NCBI GenBank assembly: GCA_964530675.1
Contig: CAZGYZ010000001.1
Coordinates: 1 to 41,218, forward strand
Length of the DNA: 41,218 nucleotides
Direction: 5' to 3'
Source of the DNA: an uncultured Nitrospira sp.
Lineage (GTDB): Bacteria; Nitrospirota; Nitrospiria; Nitrospirales; Nitrospiraceae
The notes below the pieces were generated by a model, which did not search any database, was not told where the DNA came from, and was given only the letters and a program-made list of their open reading frames with translations. The position numbers and the translations under genes are program-made. Of this stretch, positions 17,914 through 26,814 are shown in pieces (the stretch's first letter is position 1; the number at the start of each line of letters is the position of its first letter).

Positions 17914-18126
17914 CCCGCATTATTCATGACGGTTCGTCGCGAAATCGCGCAGTCGCCATGCGAGACAGGCGCGCGGAGCCGCGAGGGAGGGAGGCATACT
18001 TGAAACAGTATGTTGACCGACCGAACGGCGAGCCCGCCTGCCTGGACGCCGGGCCACCGCGTCCAGGCTTGTCGCAGCGGCGAATCCGCGATTGCAGCAG
18101 AAGCGTTCATGAATAATGCGGGCTAG
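17910..18126. mobile_element. 217-bp MITE-like element with perfect 20-bp terminal inverted repeats that begin and end in CTAG
   Basis: CTAGCCCGCATTATTCATGA (17910-17929) is the exact reverse complement of TCATGAATAATGCGGGCTAG (18107-18126). Internal hairpins: CATACT-tgaaac-AGTATG and CTGGACGC-N8-GCGTCCAG. The left CTAG supplies the TAG stop of the upstream gene. Confidence 0.7.
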
Positions 18127-18243
18127 AGGCCTATCCGATGGGGGATGATTAGTCATTAGTCTTTGAAGGCCTGGGAAGGGATAGTGTACAATGTGCCGTT
18201 CATCTGGGTGTCTCGTCGGTTAACCCTGTGGAGGAACGCTGTT

Positions 18244-19755
18244 ATGGTCACGTGGAGTCAGGGGGGGAATGTCCGAAGTCTTGTCGCAAGTATCGGTCTG
18301 GTCATGAGTGCCTTCGCGTTTGCTGTCCTGCCCAGTGAGCCCACAGCTTTTGCCGCTGGGGTTCCAGCCGGGCTGACACAAGGATTTTCAGAGATCGTCA
18401 AACAGGTCACGCCGGCGGTGGTGAATATTGCGGTGACCGGGGGTGGGGAAGGCGGGGGCCGAGGCCGAAGAGCGCCGATGCCTCCAGGTCCCTTTGGTGG
18501 GCCACCGGGTGAAGAAGCACCAGGAGGTGAACTTCCGACCCCTCCACCGATGCCTCCGGGGCATGGCCGTCCAGATCAGAGCGCAGGATCCGGTGTCATT
18601 TTTGATCCGAACGGATTTATTGTGACCAACAACCACGTGGTCGAAGGCGCCACGCAGATCACGGTTACGCTCAGTGATCGACGGGAATTCAGCGCGAAAG
18701 TGGTGGGGACGGATCCGAAGACGGACTTAGCTGTGGTCAAGATCGAGGCGAAGAACCTCCCAGCCTTAAAATGGGCAGAGTATGAGAAACTACAGGTCGG
18801 CGACCTTGTATTGGCAGTCGGCAGCCCGTTCGGATTGAGTTCCACCGTGACTCTGGGCATCATCAGTGCTTTAGGACGCGGGAACGTCGGCATTGCAGAC
18901 TATGAAGATTTCATCCAGACCGACGCAGCAATTAATCCGGGCAATTCCGGCGGGGCGCTGGTCAATCTGCACGGAGAACTCATCGGGATCAATACGGCCA
19001 TCTTCTCAAGGACCGGCGGGTCGGAGGGAATTGGTTTTGCCATTCCCAGCAGCATTGCGTTGGATATCGTTGACAGTCTGCAGAAGACCGGCAAAGTCGT
19101 GCGTGGCTGGATGGGTGTTGCGATTCAAGAGATCACGCCGGCCTTGGCCAAATCCTTCAAGCTTCCGGAACAGCGCAAAGGAGTACTCATCAGCGATGTG
19201 AATGAGAATGGCCCTTCCCATGCTGCGGGTGTGAAGCGCGGTGATGTGGTGATTGCATTCAACGGGAAAGAAGTCCAAAACGTGAGTCAGCTACGAAATC
19301 TCGTTGCACGCACAATGGTCGGCAAAGATGCGCAGGTGAAGGTGCTACGAGACGGCAAGGAGCAGACTATCTCCGTGAAGGTGGCGGAGCGACCGACGGA
19401 TGAAATGTTGGCAAAAAAGGAGCCGTCAGCTCCCAAGGAGCCAGTTGAGACGGTAAAGCTGCCAGATAATGTCTTGGCTTCCCTTCGAGTGCAGGGGTTG
19501 GATGCGGCTACGATGAGTCAATTGAACATCCCGGCAAAGATGACGGGTGTCGTCGTCATGTCGGTCGAGGGCGGCGGCCCTGCGGAAGCGGCGGGTCTGC
19601 AGCGCGGTGACGTGATTCAGGAAGTGAATCACGAAGTCGTGAAGACTCTTGACGACTATCAGAAAGCTTCGAGTAAGTTGAAAAAAGACGAGTTGGCTGT
19701 CCTGCTCCTGAGTCGACAGGGGAACAACCTGTTTGTCGCGGTCAATCCCAAGTAA
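18244..19755 (+). CDS. htrA: HtrA/DegP-family periplasmic serine protease with two PDZ domains
   Basis: Triad contexts TNNHVV, DLAVVKI and GNSGGAL, a signal peptide, and two PDZ blocks. The start is set at ATG 18244 after GGAGGA; the ORF from 18163 is rejected. A Pro/Gly-rich insert follows the signal peptide. Confidence 0.9.
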   Translation: MVTWSQGGNVRSLVASIGLVMSAFAFAVLPSEPTAFAAGVPAGLTQGFSEIVKQVTPAVVNIAVTGGGEGGGRGRRAPMPPGPFGGPPGEEAPGGELPTPPPMPPGHGRPDQSAGSGVIFDPNGFIVTNNHVVEGATQITVTLSDRREFSAKVVGTDPKTDLAVVKIEAKNLPALKWAEYEKLQVGDLVLAVGSPFGLSSTVTLGIISALGRGNVGIADYEDFIQTDAAINPGNSGGALVNLHGELIGINTAIFSRTGGSEGIGFAIPSSIALDIVDSLQKTGKVVRGWMGVAIQEITPALAKSFKLPEQRKGVLISDVNENGPSHAAGVKRGDVVIAFNGKEVQNVSQLRNLVARTMVGKDAQVKVLRDGKEQTISVKVAERPTDEMLAKKEPSAPKEPVETVKLPDNVLASLRVQGLDAATMSQLNIPAKMTGVVVMSVEGGGPAEAAGLQRGDVIQEVNHEVVKTLDDYQKASSKLKKDELAVLLLSRQGNNLFVAVNPK

Positions 19756-19768
19756 CAGGCATGACGCT

Positions 19769-19803
19769 GGCTGCGACCGCTCGGCATCCGAGCGGTCGCA
19801 GCC
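19769..19803 (+). other. Perfect 16-bp stem-loop between htrA and tatC (terminator-like but without a U-tract)
   Basis: GGCTGCGACCGCTCGG-cat-CCGAGCGGTCGCAGCC, followed by AACCATCGG. Confidence 0.6.
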
Positions 19804-19825
19804 AACCATCGGATGAACGGATCGT

Positions 19826-20770
19826 ATGTCCAACGGCCTGAATTCGCTGAACCAGTGGCTGCAAGACACGATCTTTAAGCCGCTGGAAGATAAGAAAATG
19901 CCGGTAATGGAGCACCTCGTGGAGCTCCAGGTCAGGCTGACGCGCGCGGTGATCATCATCGCCGTGGTGTTTGTCGGTACATTTTTCTTTGCCGACACGC
20001 TGGTTAAGTGGCTTCGCATCCCGCTCCAAAACATGTTTATGCCTGGCTCCCTGTCGTGGGTGCCGACCGATCTGGCGACCGTTCCATTGGTCTTTCTCGC
20101 GCCGGCAGAAGCATTATGGCAAAACGTCAAGGTAGCCGGGCTCTTTGCTCTCGTCGGCGTGACCCCATATCTATTGTTCGAAGTCTGGCAATTCGTCGTG
20201 CCGGGACTCCATGCGCAGGAACGGCGATTTGTTGGGCCGTTTGTGCTGTTGAGCGCCGTGGCATTTTACGCAGGCGTGAGTTTTTCATTTTTCTTCGTGC
20301 TTCCATTTGCGCTGAATTTTTTGATTTCCTATGGCGTCAACGCCGGCTTCGTCCCGCAGATCTCCATTGCGCAGTACGTCGGATTTGCACTGTGGTTCCT
20401 CATGGTCTTCGGGCTGATTTTTGAAGTCCCGCTCGCGATCACCCTCATGGCGAAGTTTGGGTGGGTCGATGCGCCGTTTCTCAAACGATATCGTAAGTGG
20501 GCCCTGCTGGGATCGTTTATCTTCGCGGCGGTTCTCACTCCGACGCCCGATCCCTTCAACCAATGTTTGATGGCCCTGCCAATGTATATCTTTTACGAAG
20601 TAGGGATCATTAGCGCAGGGTTTTTCAACAAAAAGAAGCCAGCGGAGGAGGGGGCAGGCATGCCGGCAATGGCCACCGCAGCGGCAGGAAATGGTAAGGT
20701 GCCGCCGGTAGGACTCCCTAACGTGGGAGAGAACGATTACGTCGGTGTGCCAACAGATCGGCGACGATAA
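19826..20770 (+). CDS. tatC: Twin-arginine translocase subunit TatC
   Basis: 314 aa with a six-TM pattern and N-terminal ...MEHLVELQVRL.... It has a C-terminal extension of about 50 aa. No tatA/tatB gene is adjacent. Confidence 0.88.
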   Translation: MSNGLNSLNQWLQDTIFKPLEDKKMPVMEHLVELQVRLTRAVIIIAVVFVGTFFFADTLVKWLRIPLQNMFMPGSLSWVPTDLATVPLVFLAPAEALWQNVKVAGLFALVGVTPYLLFEVWQFVVPGLHAQERRFVGPFVLLSAVAFYAGVSFSFFFVLPFALNFLISYGVNAGFVPQISIAQYVGFALWFLMVFGLIFEVPLAITLMAKFGWVDAPFLKRYRKWALLGSFIFAAVLTPTPDPFNQCLMALPMYIFYEVGIISAGFFNKKKPAEEGAGMPAMATAAAGNGKVPPVGLPNVGENDYVGVPTDRRR

Positions 20771-20816
20771 TGAAATCACGCAGATTGGGTGTAACGGTTT
20801 TATAGAAGGATGAGAC

Positions 20817-21770
20817 ATGGCTCGTGAATTGAACGTCATTCAACCTCCCAGCTCCGGCGGCAGCGACGCCTGCGTCTACATGTGGGCTTGCGCGATCTGC
20901 GATGAAAACGAAACCTGTCAGAAGGACAAGGAGGGGCACAGTCGTTGGCTGGTGGCTAAACGGATGGAGCGGATCGAATACAAAGTGCTCATTATGAGTA
21001 ATAAAGGTGGAGTTGGAAAGAGCACCTGTACGACGAATCTTGCAGTGAGTCTCGCGCTCAAAGGGTGGCATGTCGGCATTTGCGACATGGATATCCATGG
21101 CCCGAACATTCCAAAGATGGTGGGGGCCGAAGGGCAGAAGCTCAAGATCAGCAGCTCAGGCGGGATTATTCCGTTTCAGGCGTACAACCTCAAGATCGCC
21201 TCGATGTCATTTCTGTTGCAGAACTCTGACGATCCGATCATCTGGCGCGATGCGTACAAGTATGAGTTCATCAATCAACTCTTGGGCGGGGTCGAGTGGC
21301 AGGATCTTAATTTTTTATTTGTCGATTTGCCTCCCGGAACCGGAAACGAATCGGTGACGACCATCGATTTGCTGGGGAATGTCAGCGGCGCGGTAATCGT
21401 GACGACGCCGCAGGAAGTGGCCTTGCTGGATTCTCGCAAGTCGGTGACGTTCTGCAAGGACAGCGAAGTCCCGATCATCGGGATCATCGAGAACATGAGC
21501 GGATTGGAGTGTCCCCATTGTCACAACCATATTGAGGTGTTCCGTAAGGGCGGCGGGGAAGCTTCCGCGATAGATATGGGCGTGCCCTTCCTCGGACGCA
21601 TCCCGCTTGATCCCGATGTCGTGATCCAATCCGATGCCGGTGAGCCCTTTGCAATGTTCAATTCCGACACGGCCACGGCTGAGTGTTATCACGAGATTGC
21701 GAATAAGATCGAAGCGTTCTGCAAGAAGCGCGGGTCGCTGGTGAAGATCGCGTCTCCGCAGGCGCATTGA
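20817..21770 (+). CDS. apbC: Mrp/NBP35/ApbC-family Fe-S cluster carrier ATPase with an N-terminal four-Cys extension
   Basis: Deviant Walker A SNKGGVGKST, the CPHC motif, and an N-terminal C-x5-C-x2-C-x5-C motif. Confidence 0.88.
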   Translation: MARELNVIQPPSSGGSDACVYMWACAICDENETCQKDKEGHSRWLVAKRMERIEYKVLIMSNKGGVGKSTCTTNLAVSLALKGWHVGICDMDIHGPNIPKMVGAEGQKLKISSSGGIIPFQAYNLKIASMSFLLQNSDDPIIWRDAYKYEFINQLLGGVEWQDLNFLFVDLPPGTGNESVTTIDLLGNVSGAVIVTTPQEVALLDSRKSVTFCKDSEVPIIGIIENMSGLECPHCHNHIEVFRKGGGEASAIDMGVPFLGRIPLDPDVVIQSDAGEPFAMFNSDTATAECYHEIANKIEAFCKKRGSLVKIASPQAH

Positions 21771-21783
21771 TGAAGGAGAGAGG

Positions 21784-23085
21784 GTGAAAGCGACACAGGC
21801 GATAGAGGGGCTTACGCAGCTGGAAGAGGCGCAACGGATCGTATTGGAGTCCACGCCGACGCTGGGCTTGGAGAAGATTTCTATCCTCGATGCCCTTGGA
21901 CGTGTCCTCGGAGAGGACGTTGTGGCGGAACGGGATAATCCGCCCTGGAACAATAGTGCGATGGATGGGTTTGCTGTGCGGTGGGAGGATATCAAGCAGG
22001 AACATGCCATTCAGAAAACGGTCACGCTCACAGTGATCGAAGATGTGGCTGCAGGCAAGATGCCTTCGAAATCTGTCGGCGCGGGACAGGCGATTCGCAT
22101 CATGACTGGGGCTCCCCTCCCGAAGGGAGCGGATACGGTTTTGAAGGTTGAAGACACTGAGCATACTGCGGATTCCGTTCGAGTCTTTAAGCCAGAACCG
22201 CTAGGTGCCAACATTCGGCCTCAAGGCGAAGATGTGAAGAAGGGTGAGTGCATCATCGCAACGAGGACCCAGATTCGATCTGGTGAAGCGGGGATGCTGG
22301 CGATCCTTGCCAAGTCGTTCATCTTTGCCTATCAGCGCCCCCGTGTCGCGATCCTATCGACTGGCGATGAACTGGCGGATTTGGACGAGCGGTTCAGCGA
22401 TGAAAAAATCATCAATTCCAACAGCTATGGGATTGCGGCAGCGGTCCAGGAGGCGGGTGGCATTCCCCTATTGCTGGGGATTGCGAAGGACACTCCAGCT
22501 GCCTTGAAGGAAAAGATTTCACATGGTCTGACGGCGGATATCCTGGTACTGTCCGGCGGTGTGTCGATGGGCGACTACGATTTTACGAAGGCGGTCTTCC
22601 ACGAACTGGGCGCAGAAATGAATTTCTGGAAGCTGGCGATCAGGCCGGGGCAGCCACTCGCATTCGGCAAGATTCAGGGTAAGCTGGCCTTCGGTTTGCC
22701 CGGAAATCCCGTGTCCTCCATGGTGACATTCGAACAGTTGGTGCGGCCGGCCTTGCTTAAAATGAGCGGGCACCGGAGCTATAGCCGTCCGGTCGTGCAG
22801 GCGGTTTTCCAAGAGAATTTTTCCAAACGGACGGATCGTCGCCACTTTCTGCGCGGCGTGCTCACAAGAGAAGAAGGGGTCTTCAAGGTTCGCACGACCG
22901 GCGCGCAAGGGTCCGGGATACTGACTTCTATGGTGAAGGCCAATTGTTTGATCGATATCCCGGTCGAAGTTGAACGAGTGAATCAGGGTGATTTGGTCTC
23001 GGTTCAACTGTTGAGCGGAGAGGCCTGGGCCAGCCATTCCGAACATATTCGCACCGGTCCCAACCGTCCATCCTGTTGCTCGTAG
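21784..23085 (+). CDS. moeA: Molybdopterin molybdenumtransferase MoeA
   Basis: GTG start 3 nt after a GAAGGAGAG RBS. MoeA blocks MDGFAVR, LSTGDEL, SGGVSMGDYD and LPGNPVS. Confidence 0.9.
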   Translation: MKATQAIEGLTQLEEAQRIVLESTPTLGLEKISILDALGRVLGEDVVAERDNPPWNNSAMDGFAVRWEDIKQEHAIQKTVTLTVIEDVAAGKMPSKSVGAGQAIRIMTGAPLPKGADTVLKVEDTEHTADSVRVFKPEPLGANIRPQGEDVKKGECIIATRTQIRSGEAGMLAILAKSFIFAYQRPRVAILSTGDELADLDERFSDEKIINSNSYGIAAAVQEAGGIPLLLGIAKDTPAALKEKISHGLTADILVLSGGVSMGDYDFTKAVFHELGAEMNFWKLAIRPGQPLAFGKIQGKLAFGLPGNPVSSMVTFEQLVRPALLKMSGHRSYSRPVVQAVFQENFSKRTDRRHFLRGVLTREEGVFKVRTTGAQGSGILTSMVKANCLIDIPVEVERVNQGDLVSVQLLSGEAWASHSEHIRTGPNRPSCCS

Positions 23086-23142
23086 AGAAGGGAGGTCAAT
23101 GGTCATCAGTCACTAGTCGATGGCAGGAATCATTTTTGTCCG

Positions 23143-23167
23143 CCATTGACCATTGACCATTGACCAT
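23143..23167 (+). repeat. Heptamer tandem repeat (CCATTGA) x3.6 immediately upstream of mobB
   Basis: CCATTGA CCATTGA CCATTGA CCAT ends 8 nt before the mobB ATG. No Shine-Dalgarno sequence is visible between the repeat and the ATG. Confidence 0.9.
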
Positions 23168-23175
23168 CTCCACCA

Positions 23176-23700
23176 ATGGCCGTACCTATTCTTTGCTTTG
23201 TCGGTCGCTCGAACAGCGGAAAAACCACGCTGATTGAGCGCGTGATTCCTGAGTTGGTCCGGGCCGGCTACAAGGTAGCGACAGTAAAGCATGCCGGACA
23301 CGGGTTTGATCTCGATACGGAAGGGAAGGATAGCTGGCGCCACAAGCGGGCCGGCGCCAGCAGCGTGATGGTGCTCTCCAAGGGGAGCATGGCGATGTTT
23401 GCCGATGTGCCTGATCAGCTGAAGGTTGAAGAAGTGAGGGATCGGTTTCTCGATCATACGTATGATCTGATTATTGCCGAAGGATGGAAAAACGAAGGGT
23501 ATCCGAAGATTGTCATCGTCCGTGATCAGATCGGCGAAATCCCTGTTTCCTCGGAAGGGCTGCTCGCGGTGGTATCGGACAAGTCCGTCGATTTAGACAT
23601 TCCGCTGTTCGGCATGGACGATGTCGTCGGCGTGGCTACCTTGATCATGAAGCAGTTCCCAAAATCGCAGCCTCGTGCAGAGCAGGGGCTGGAAACCTAA
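23176..23700 (+). CDS. mobB: Molybdopterin-guanine dinucleotide biosynthesis adapter MobB
   Basis: P-loop GRSNSGKTTL, VKHAGHGFD, and adjacency to moeA. Confidence 0.85.
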   Translation: MAVPILCFVGRSNSGKTTLIERVIPELVRAGYKVATVKHAGHGFDLDTEGKDSWRHKRAGASSVMVLSKGSMAMFADVPDQLKVEEVRDRFLDHTYDLIIAEGWKNEGYPKIVIVRDQIGEIPVSSEGLLAVVSDKSVDLDIPLFGMDDVVGVATLIMKQFPKSQPRAEQGLET

Positions 23701-23772
23701 CGCAACCATCGCCCGGACTCTCGTTACTGGTACTCTCGCACTCTCGGTATCCTGTTAAATCTCTGATCACTC

Positions 23773-24501
23773 ATGCCCATACCCGTCTTGCACGTCCAAC
23801 ATCTGGTGAAACGGTTCGGCGAGTTCGTCGCCGTCAACGACATTTCGTTCGACATCAGGCCGGGTGAAATTCTTGGATTGTTGGGCCCGAACGGGGCAGG
23901 GAAAACCACCACGATTCAGATGTTGCTCGGGGTGGTGACACCGACCGCCGGCTCCATTCAGATGTTTGGACTCGACTTGGCGGTTCACCGCGAAGAGATC
24001 CTGCAGCAAGTGAATTTTTCTTCGACCTATGTTGCCATGCCGCAGGCGCTCACAGTCGAAGAAAACCTCTGGGTGATTGCGCGGCTGTATGGCCTGTCTC
24101 AGACCCAAGAGCGAGTCGACGACATCGTAAAGCGCCTTGAGATGGAGGAGTTCCGTCATAAAGTGACGCGCAAGCTCTCTTCCGGCCAAAGCACTCGTCT
24201 TGGGTTAGCTAAGGCGTTCTTGACCGAACCGAAGATTCTGTTTCTCGATGAGCCGACGGCGAGTTTGGATCCCGATATCGCGCAAAAGATCCGGAGTTTC
24301 CTCAAAGAGGAGCGACGATCGTCAGGACTGAGTGTGCTCTATTCGTCTCATAATATGCACGAGATGGAAGAGATGTCGGATCGAATCATCTTTCTCCAGC
24401 GGGGAAGGATTGTGGCGGAGGGGACGGCCCAGGAGATTGTGGCGCGGTTCGGGCAGGCGGACTTGGAAGAAGTGTTTGTGAAGTTGGCCAGAGAAAAATA
24501 G
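23773..24501 (+). CDS. ABC transporter ATP-binding protein (ABC-2 exporter type)
   Basis: Walker A GPNGAGKTT, signature LSSGQSTR, Walker B ILFLDEPT. Confidence 0.9.
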   Translation: MPIPVLHVQHLVKRFGEFVAVNDISFDIRPGEILGLLGPNGAGKTTTIQMLLGVVTPTAGSIQMFGLDLAVHREEILQQVNFSSTYVAMPQALTVEENLWVIARLYGLSQTQERVDDIVKRLEMEEFRHKVTRKLSSGQSTRLGLAKAFLTEPKILFLDEPTASLDPDIAQKIRSFLKEERRSSGLSVLYSSHNMHEMEEMSDRIIFLQRGRIVAEGTAQEIVARFGQADLEEVFVKLAREK

Positions 24502-24505
24502 AGAA

Positions 24506-24606
24506 GGAGGGAACCGGGTAGGATGTTCCTTTTGCTCGCGCAACGCGCGGCCTGAGAAGGCCCTCGTTGGACGCGCGCAGTCAGGAACGTCCTACCCGGT
24601 TCCTCC
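24506..24606 (-). repeat. Conserved 48-nt palindromic core with complementary arms (copy 2 of 3, inverted), intercistronic in the ABC-2 operon
   Basis: The reverse complement of the core sits at 24533-24580. Arms are GGAGGGAACCGGGTAGGATGTTCC and GGAACGTCCTACCCGGTTCCTCC. It starts 5 nt after the ATPase stop codon. Confidence 0.8.
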
Positions 24607-24656
24607 TCGGAGAAGAGGCTCTTGCCAACCAGAGTGGGGAAGGGGAAAAGGGAACG

Positions 24657-25448
24657 ATGAAGGCCCATCGAATCTATGCGTTGGTGACGAGGTATGTGTA
24701 TCTTTACCGGCGGAGCTTGCCGCGTATGATGGAGATCTTCTATTGGCCGTTTCTGGACCTCGTCATCTGGGGATTTATTACAGTCTACCTCATGAAATTC
24801 CAGGGGCAGATCCCGGGGGCTGTGACATTCTTTTTGGGGGCGTTGATCCTGTGGGATATCCTGTTCCGAGCTCAGCAGGGGGTTACTATTTCGTTTCTTG
24901 AGGAGATTTGGGCAAGGAATCTTATGAACTTGTTCGCCAGTCCGCTCAAGCCGAGCGAGTTTCTCGCCGCAACCATGGTCATGAGCATTCTCAAAGTCAT
25001 GGCCGTCTCTGTCGTCATGGTGGTCTGCGCAGGCCTGTTTTATTCCTACAATATCTTTGTGCTCGGGCTGTGGTTGATTCCGTTCGTCTTGAATCTCGTG
25101 ATAACGGGATGGATTATCGGGGTACTGACCACGGCTCTCATCATGCGATTTGGCCAGGAGGCTGAAGTATTGGCTTGGAGTATGGTGTTTCTGTTTCAGC
25201 CGATCTCCTGTGTATTTTATCCGATGGAAGTGCTCCCGGGGTGGTTGCAGGTCATTGCCTGGGCAAATCCTGCAGCCCATGTGTTTGAAGGGATGCGCGC
25301 CGTGCTCAACACCTCTGCCGAGCCGGTTACCCATCTTGGGTGGGCGACCGGTCTCAATCTAGTGCTGCTCGGTATGGCCATTGCCCTCTTTCATTGGATG
25401 TTCGAACTTTGTAGGGAACGAGGACTGCTGGTGCGAATTGGGGAGTAA
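24657..25448 (+). CDS. ABC-2 type transporter permease
   Basis: About six TM segments; partner of the preceding ATPase. The start is set at ATG 24657 because the longer ORF from 24567 runs through the repeat. Confidence 0.8.
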   Translation: MKAHRIYALVTRYVYLYRRSLPRMMEIFYWPFLDLVIWGFITVYLMKFQGQIPGAVTFFLGALILWDILFRAQQGVTISFLEEIWARNLMNLFASPLKPSEFLAATMVMSILKVMAVSVVMVVCAGLFYSYNIFVLGLWLIPFVLNLVITGWIIGVLTTALIMRFGQEAEVLAWSMVFLFQPISCVFYPMEVLPGWLQVIAWANPAAHVFEGMRAVLNTSAEPVTHLGWATGLNLVLLGMAIALFHWMFELCRERGLLVRIGE

Positions 25449-25459
25449 CCCTGGAAATG

Positions 25460-25564
25460 TAGGTTGAGGTCGAGGGTGAGTGAAGATCTGAAGTTCTCAT
25501 CTTTGCTCAACCTTAGCCTGAACCTCAACCTTTCTCGTGCTGGCAGACTTTTTCAGCATCCTGC
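25460..25564 (+). repeat. Partial copy of the MITE-like family (right half only)
   Basis: TAGGTTGAGG..., an internal AGGTTGAGGT / ACCTCAACCT hairpin, and the terminus GACTTTTTCAGCATCCTGC. Homologous to 227-317. No matching left terminus was found. Confidence 0.6.
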
Positions 25565-25800
25565 CAGGCCTCGGATTGCCATTTTCAAAAAAGCTGTGAT
25601 AGCCTAAAAGTCCACCTTATTGCAGGGGCCTGGCGGTGAGGTGGAGCGAAAAATTCAGGCCTGCAGCATCGATGTTGCCTTGCCCGAGAATCTCGTCGGA
25701 AGGCAGACCTAAGTCGCCGCACTGTTCGCGTCTTCGGCCCGCTCCTTCCCCGTTCCTCGCGTACAAGACAATATCATCATTCTCAAAGGAGGAACCCCAG

Positions 25801-26130
25801 ATGGGTTCAAAGATCTATGTCGGTGGGTTGCCTTACTTGGCGACTGAGCAGGAGTTGAGCGATCTGTTCGGGCGGTATGGCGCTGTCGCTTCCGCGCGGA
25901 TCATCACGGACAAGTTCACGGGACAGTCACGTGGCTTCGGCTTCGTCGAAATGTCTTCGGATGCAGAAGCGCAGGCGGCTATTACCGCTCTCAATGGTGC
26001 AGAAATGGGTGGCCGGACCTTAACGGTGAATGAAGCGCGACCTCAGGAGCCTCGCACCGGCGGTGGTGGATTTGGTGGGGGCGGTGGTGGCCGTGGTGGC
26101 GCCGGCGGCGGTAAGCGCGATCGCTGGTAG
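25801..26130 (+). CDS. RRM-type RNA-binding protein with a Gly-rich tail
   Basis: RNP2 IYVGGL, RNP1 RGFGFVEM, and a C-terminal GGGGFGGGGGGRGGAGGG tail. AAAGGAGG RBS before ATG 25801; the ORF from 25636 is rejected. Confidence 0.9.
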   Translation: MGSKIYVGGLPYLATEQELSDLFGRYGAVASARIITDKFTGQSRGFGFVEMSSDAEAQAAITALNGAEMGGRTLTVNEARPQEPRTGGGGFGGGGGGRGGAGGGKRDRW

Positions 26131-26160
26131 TCTGTAATCGCGATCACAACGAATACGAAC

Positions 26161-26195
26161 GGGGGCTGTTATCGTCAAGATAGCAGCCCCTTTTT
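26161..26195 (+). terminator. Rho-independent terminator after the RRM gene
   Basis: 12-bp stem GGGGCTGTTATC / GATAGCAGCCCC (one G-T pair) with a 5-nt loop, then T5. Confidence 0.8.
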
Positions 26196-26231
26196 GCATG
26201 TTGTCGCGGGACGAGAGGTGGTCGCCGTCGG

Positions 26232-26747
26232 CTAATCAACCCACCCATCCCCGACCGTTGGAGTTTCGGGAGGGCCTACCGTCAGACTCTCGATCGAAGG
26301 CGGAGACGCTTTGAGAACCTGTCGCACAAGTGTCACCAGGGCTTGGAGCTCAAATGGTTTGGAGAGAAATGGGAGACTTCCCCGGCGTATGCCGTATCCT
26401 GCCAAGTCCTTGTCGATATTGCCGGACATGAGGATTATTCGCAGATCTTTCCGTATGCGGAGCGCGCGGATGGCCAGCTCGTGGCCATGTACATGGGGGA
26501 ATTGATTGGAGCGTGAGGCCAATTGAAAGCCTGGAGGAGGGAGGATGAGGTCTGTGAGCAGGAGATCGATAGGCCCTTCGTGCTGTGTGCAGATTTTGAG
26601 TGCCTCTGAACTGCCATCGGCATCGAGGACCGAAAAGCCTGCCTGCTGAAGTATCGTCCTGCACAGCATCGTGATGGACGGCTCGTCATCGACCAGCAGG
26701 ATGGTAGGGGACTGGGATTGAGGCGCAATGTTCTGCTGTCCTGACAT
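26232..26747 (-). CDS. Stand-alone response-regulator receiver domain protein
   Basis: ILLVDDEP, DLLLTDLILP and LSKPF motifs, with a short non-DNA-binding tail. No histidine kinase is present in the window. Confidence 0.85.
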   Translation of the reverse strand: MSGQQNIAPQSQSPTILLVDDEPSITMLCRTILQQAGFSVLDADGSSEALKICTQHEGPIDLLLTDLILPPPGFQLASRSNQFPHVHGHELAIRALRIRKDLRIILMSGNIDKDLAGYGIRRGSLPFLSKPFELQALVTLVRQVLKASPPSIESLTVGPPETPTVGDGWVD

Positions 26748-26814
26748 GGTATGCCTGCCTTGACAACAGCATAGTACCGGACAGGGTCGATGGCGAGGTT
26801 ATTCACGTTCATAG

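Noticed and set aside
17862-18156. Small ORFs (84, 66 and 78 aa) inside the 217-bp inverted-repeat element
   Set aside because: They lie on both strands of a palindromic element, are Arg/Ala-rich and have no RBS. The perfect inverted repeats explain the open frames better.
24348-25334. 328-aa ORF antisense to the ABC-2 permease
   Set aside because: The translation is low-complexity and rich in His/Arg/Pro. It runs through the intercistronic repeat, whereas the sense strand gives a clean multi-TM permease paired with its ATPase.
25636-25800. N-terminal extension of the RRM protein ORF (start at 25636)
   Set aside because: The extension is Pro/Ser/Arg-rich non-protein-like sequence. A strong AAAGGAGG RBS precedes ATG 25801, which gives the canonical RNP2-first RRM protein.
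26041-26130. GGT/GGC-rich repetitive DNA
   Set aside because: It is simply the coding sequence of the Gly-rich tail of the RRM protein, not an independent repeat element.
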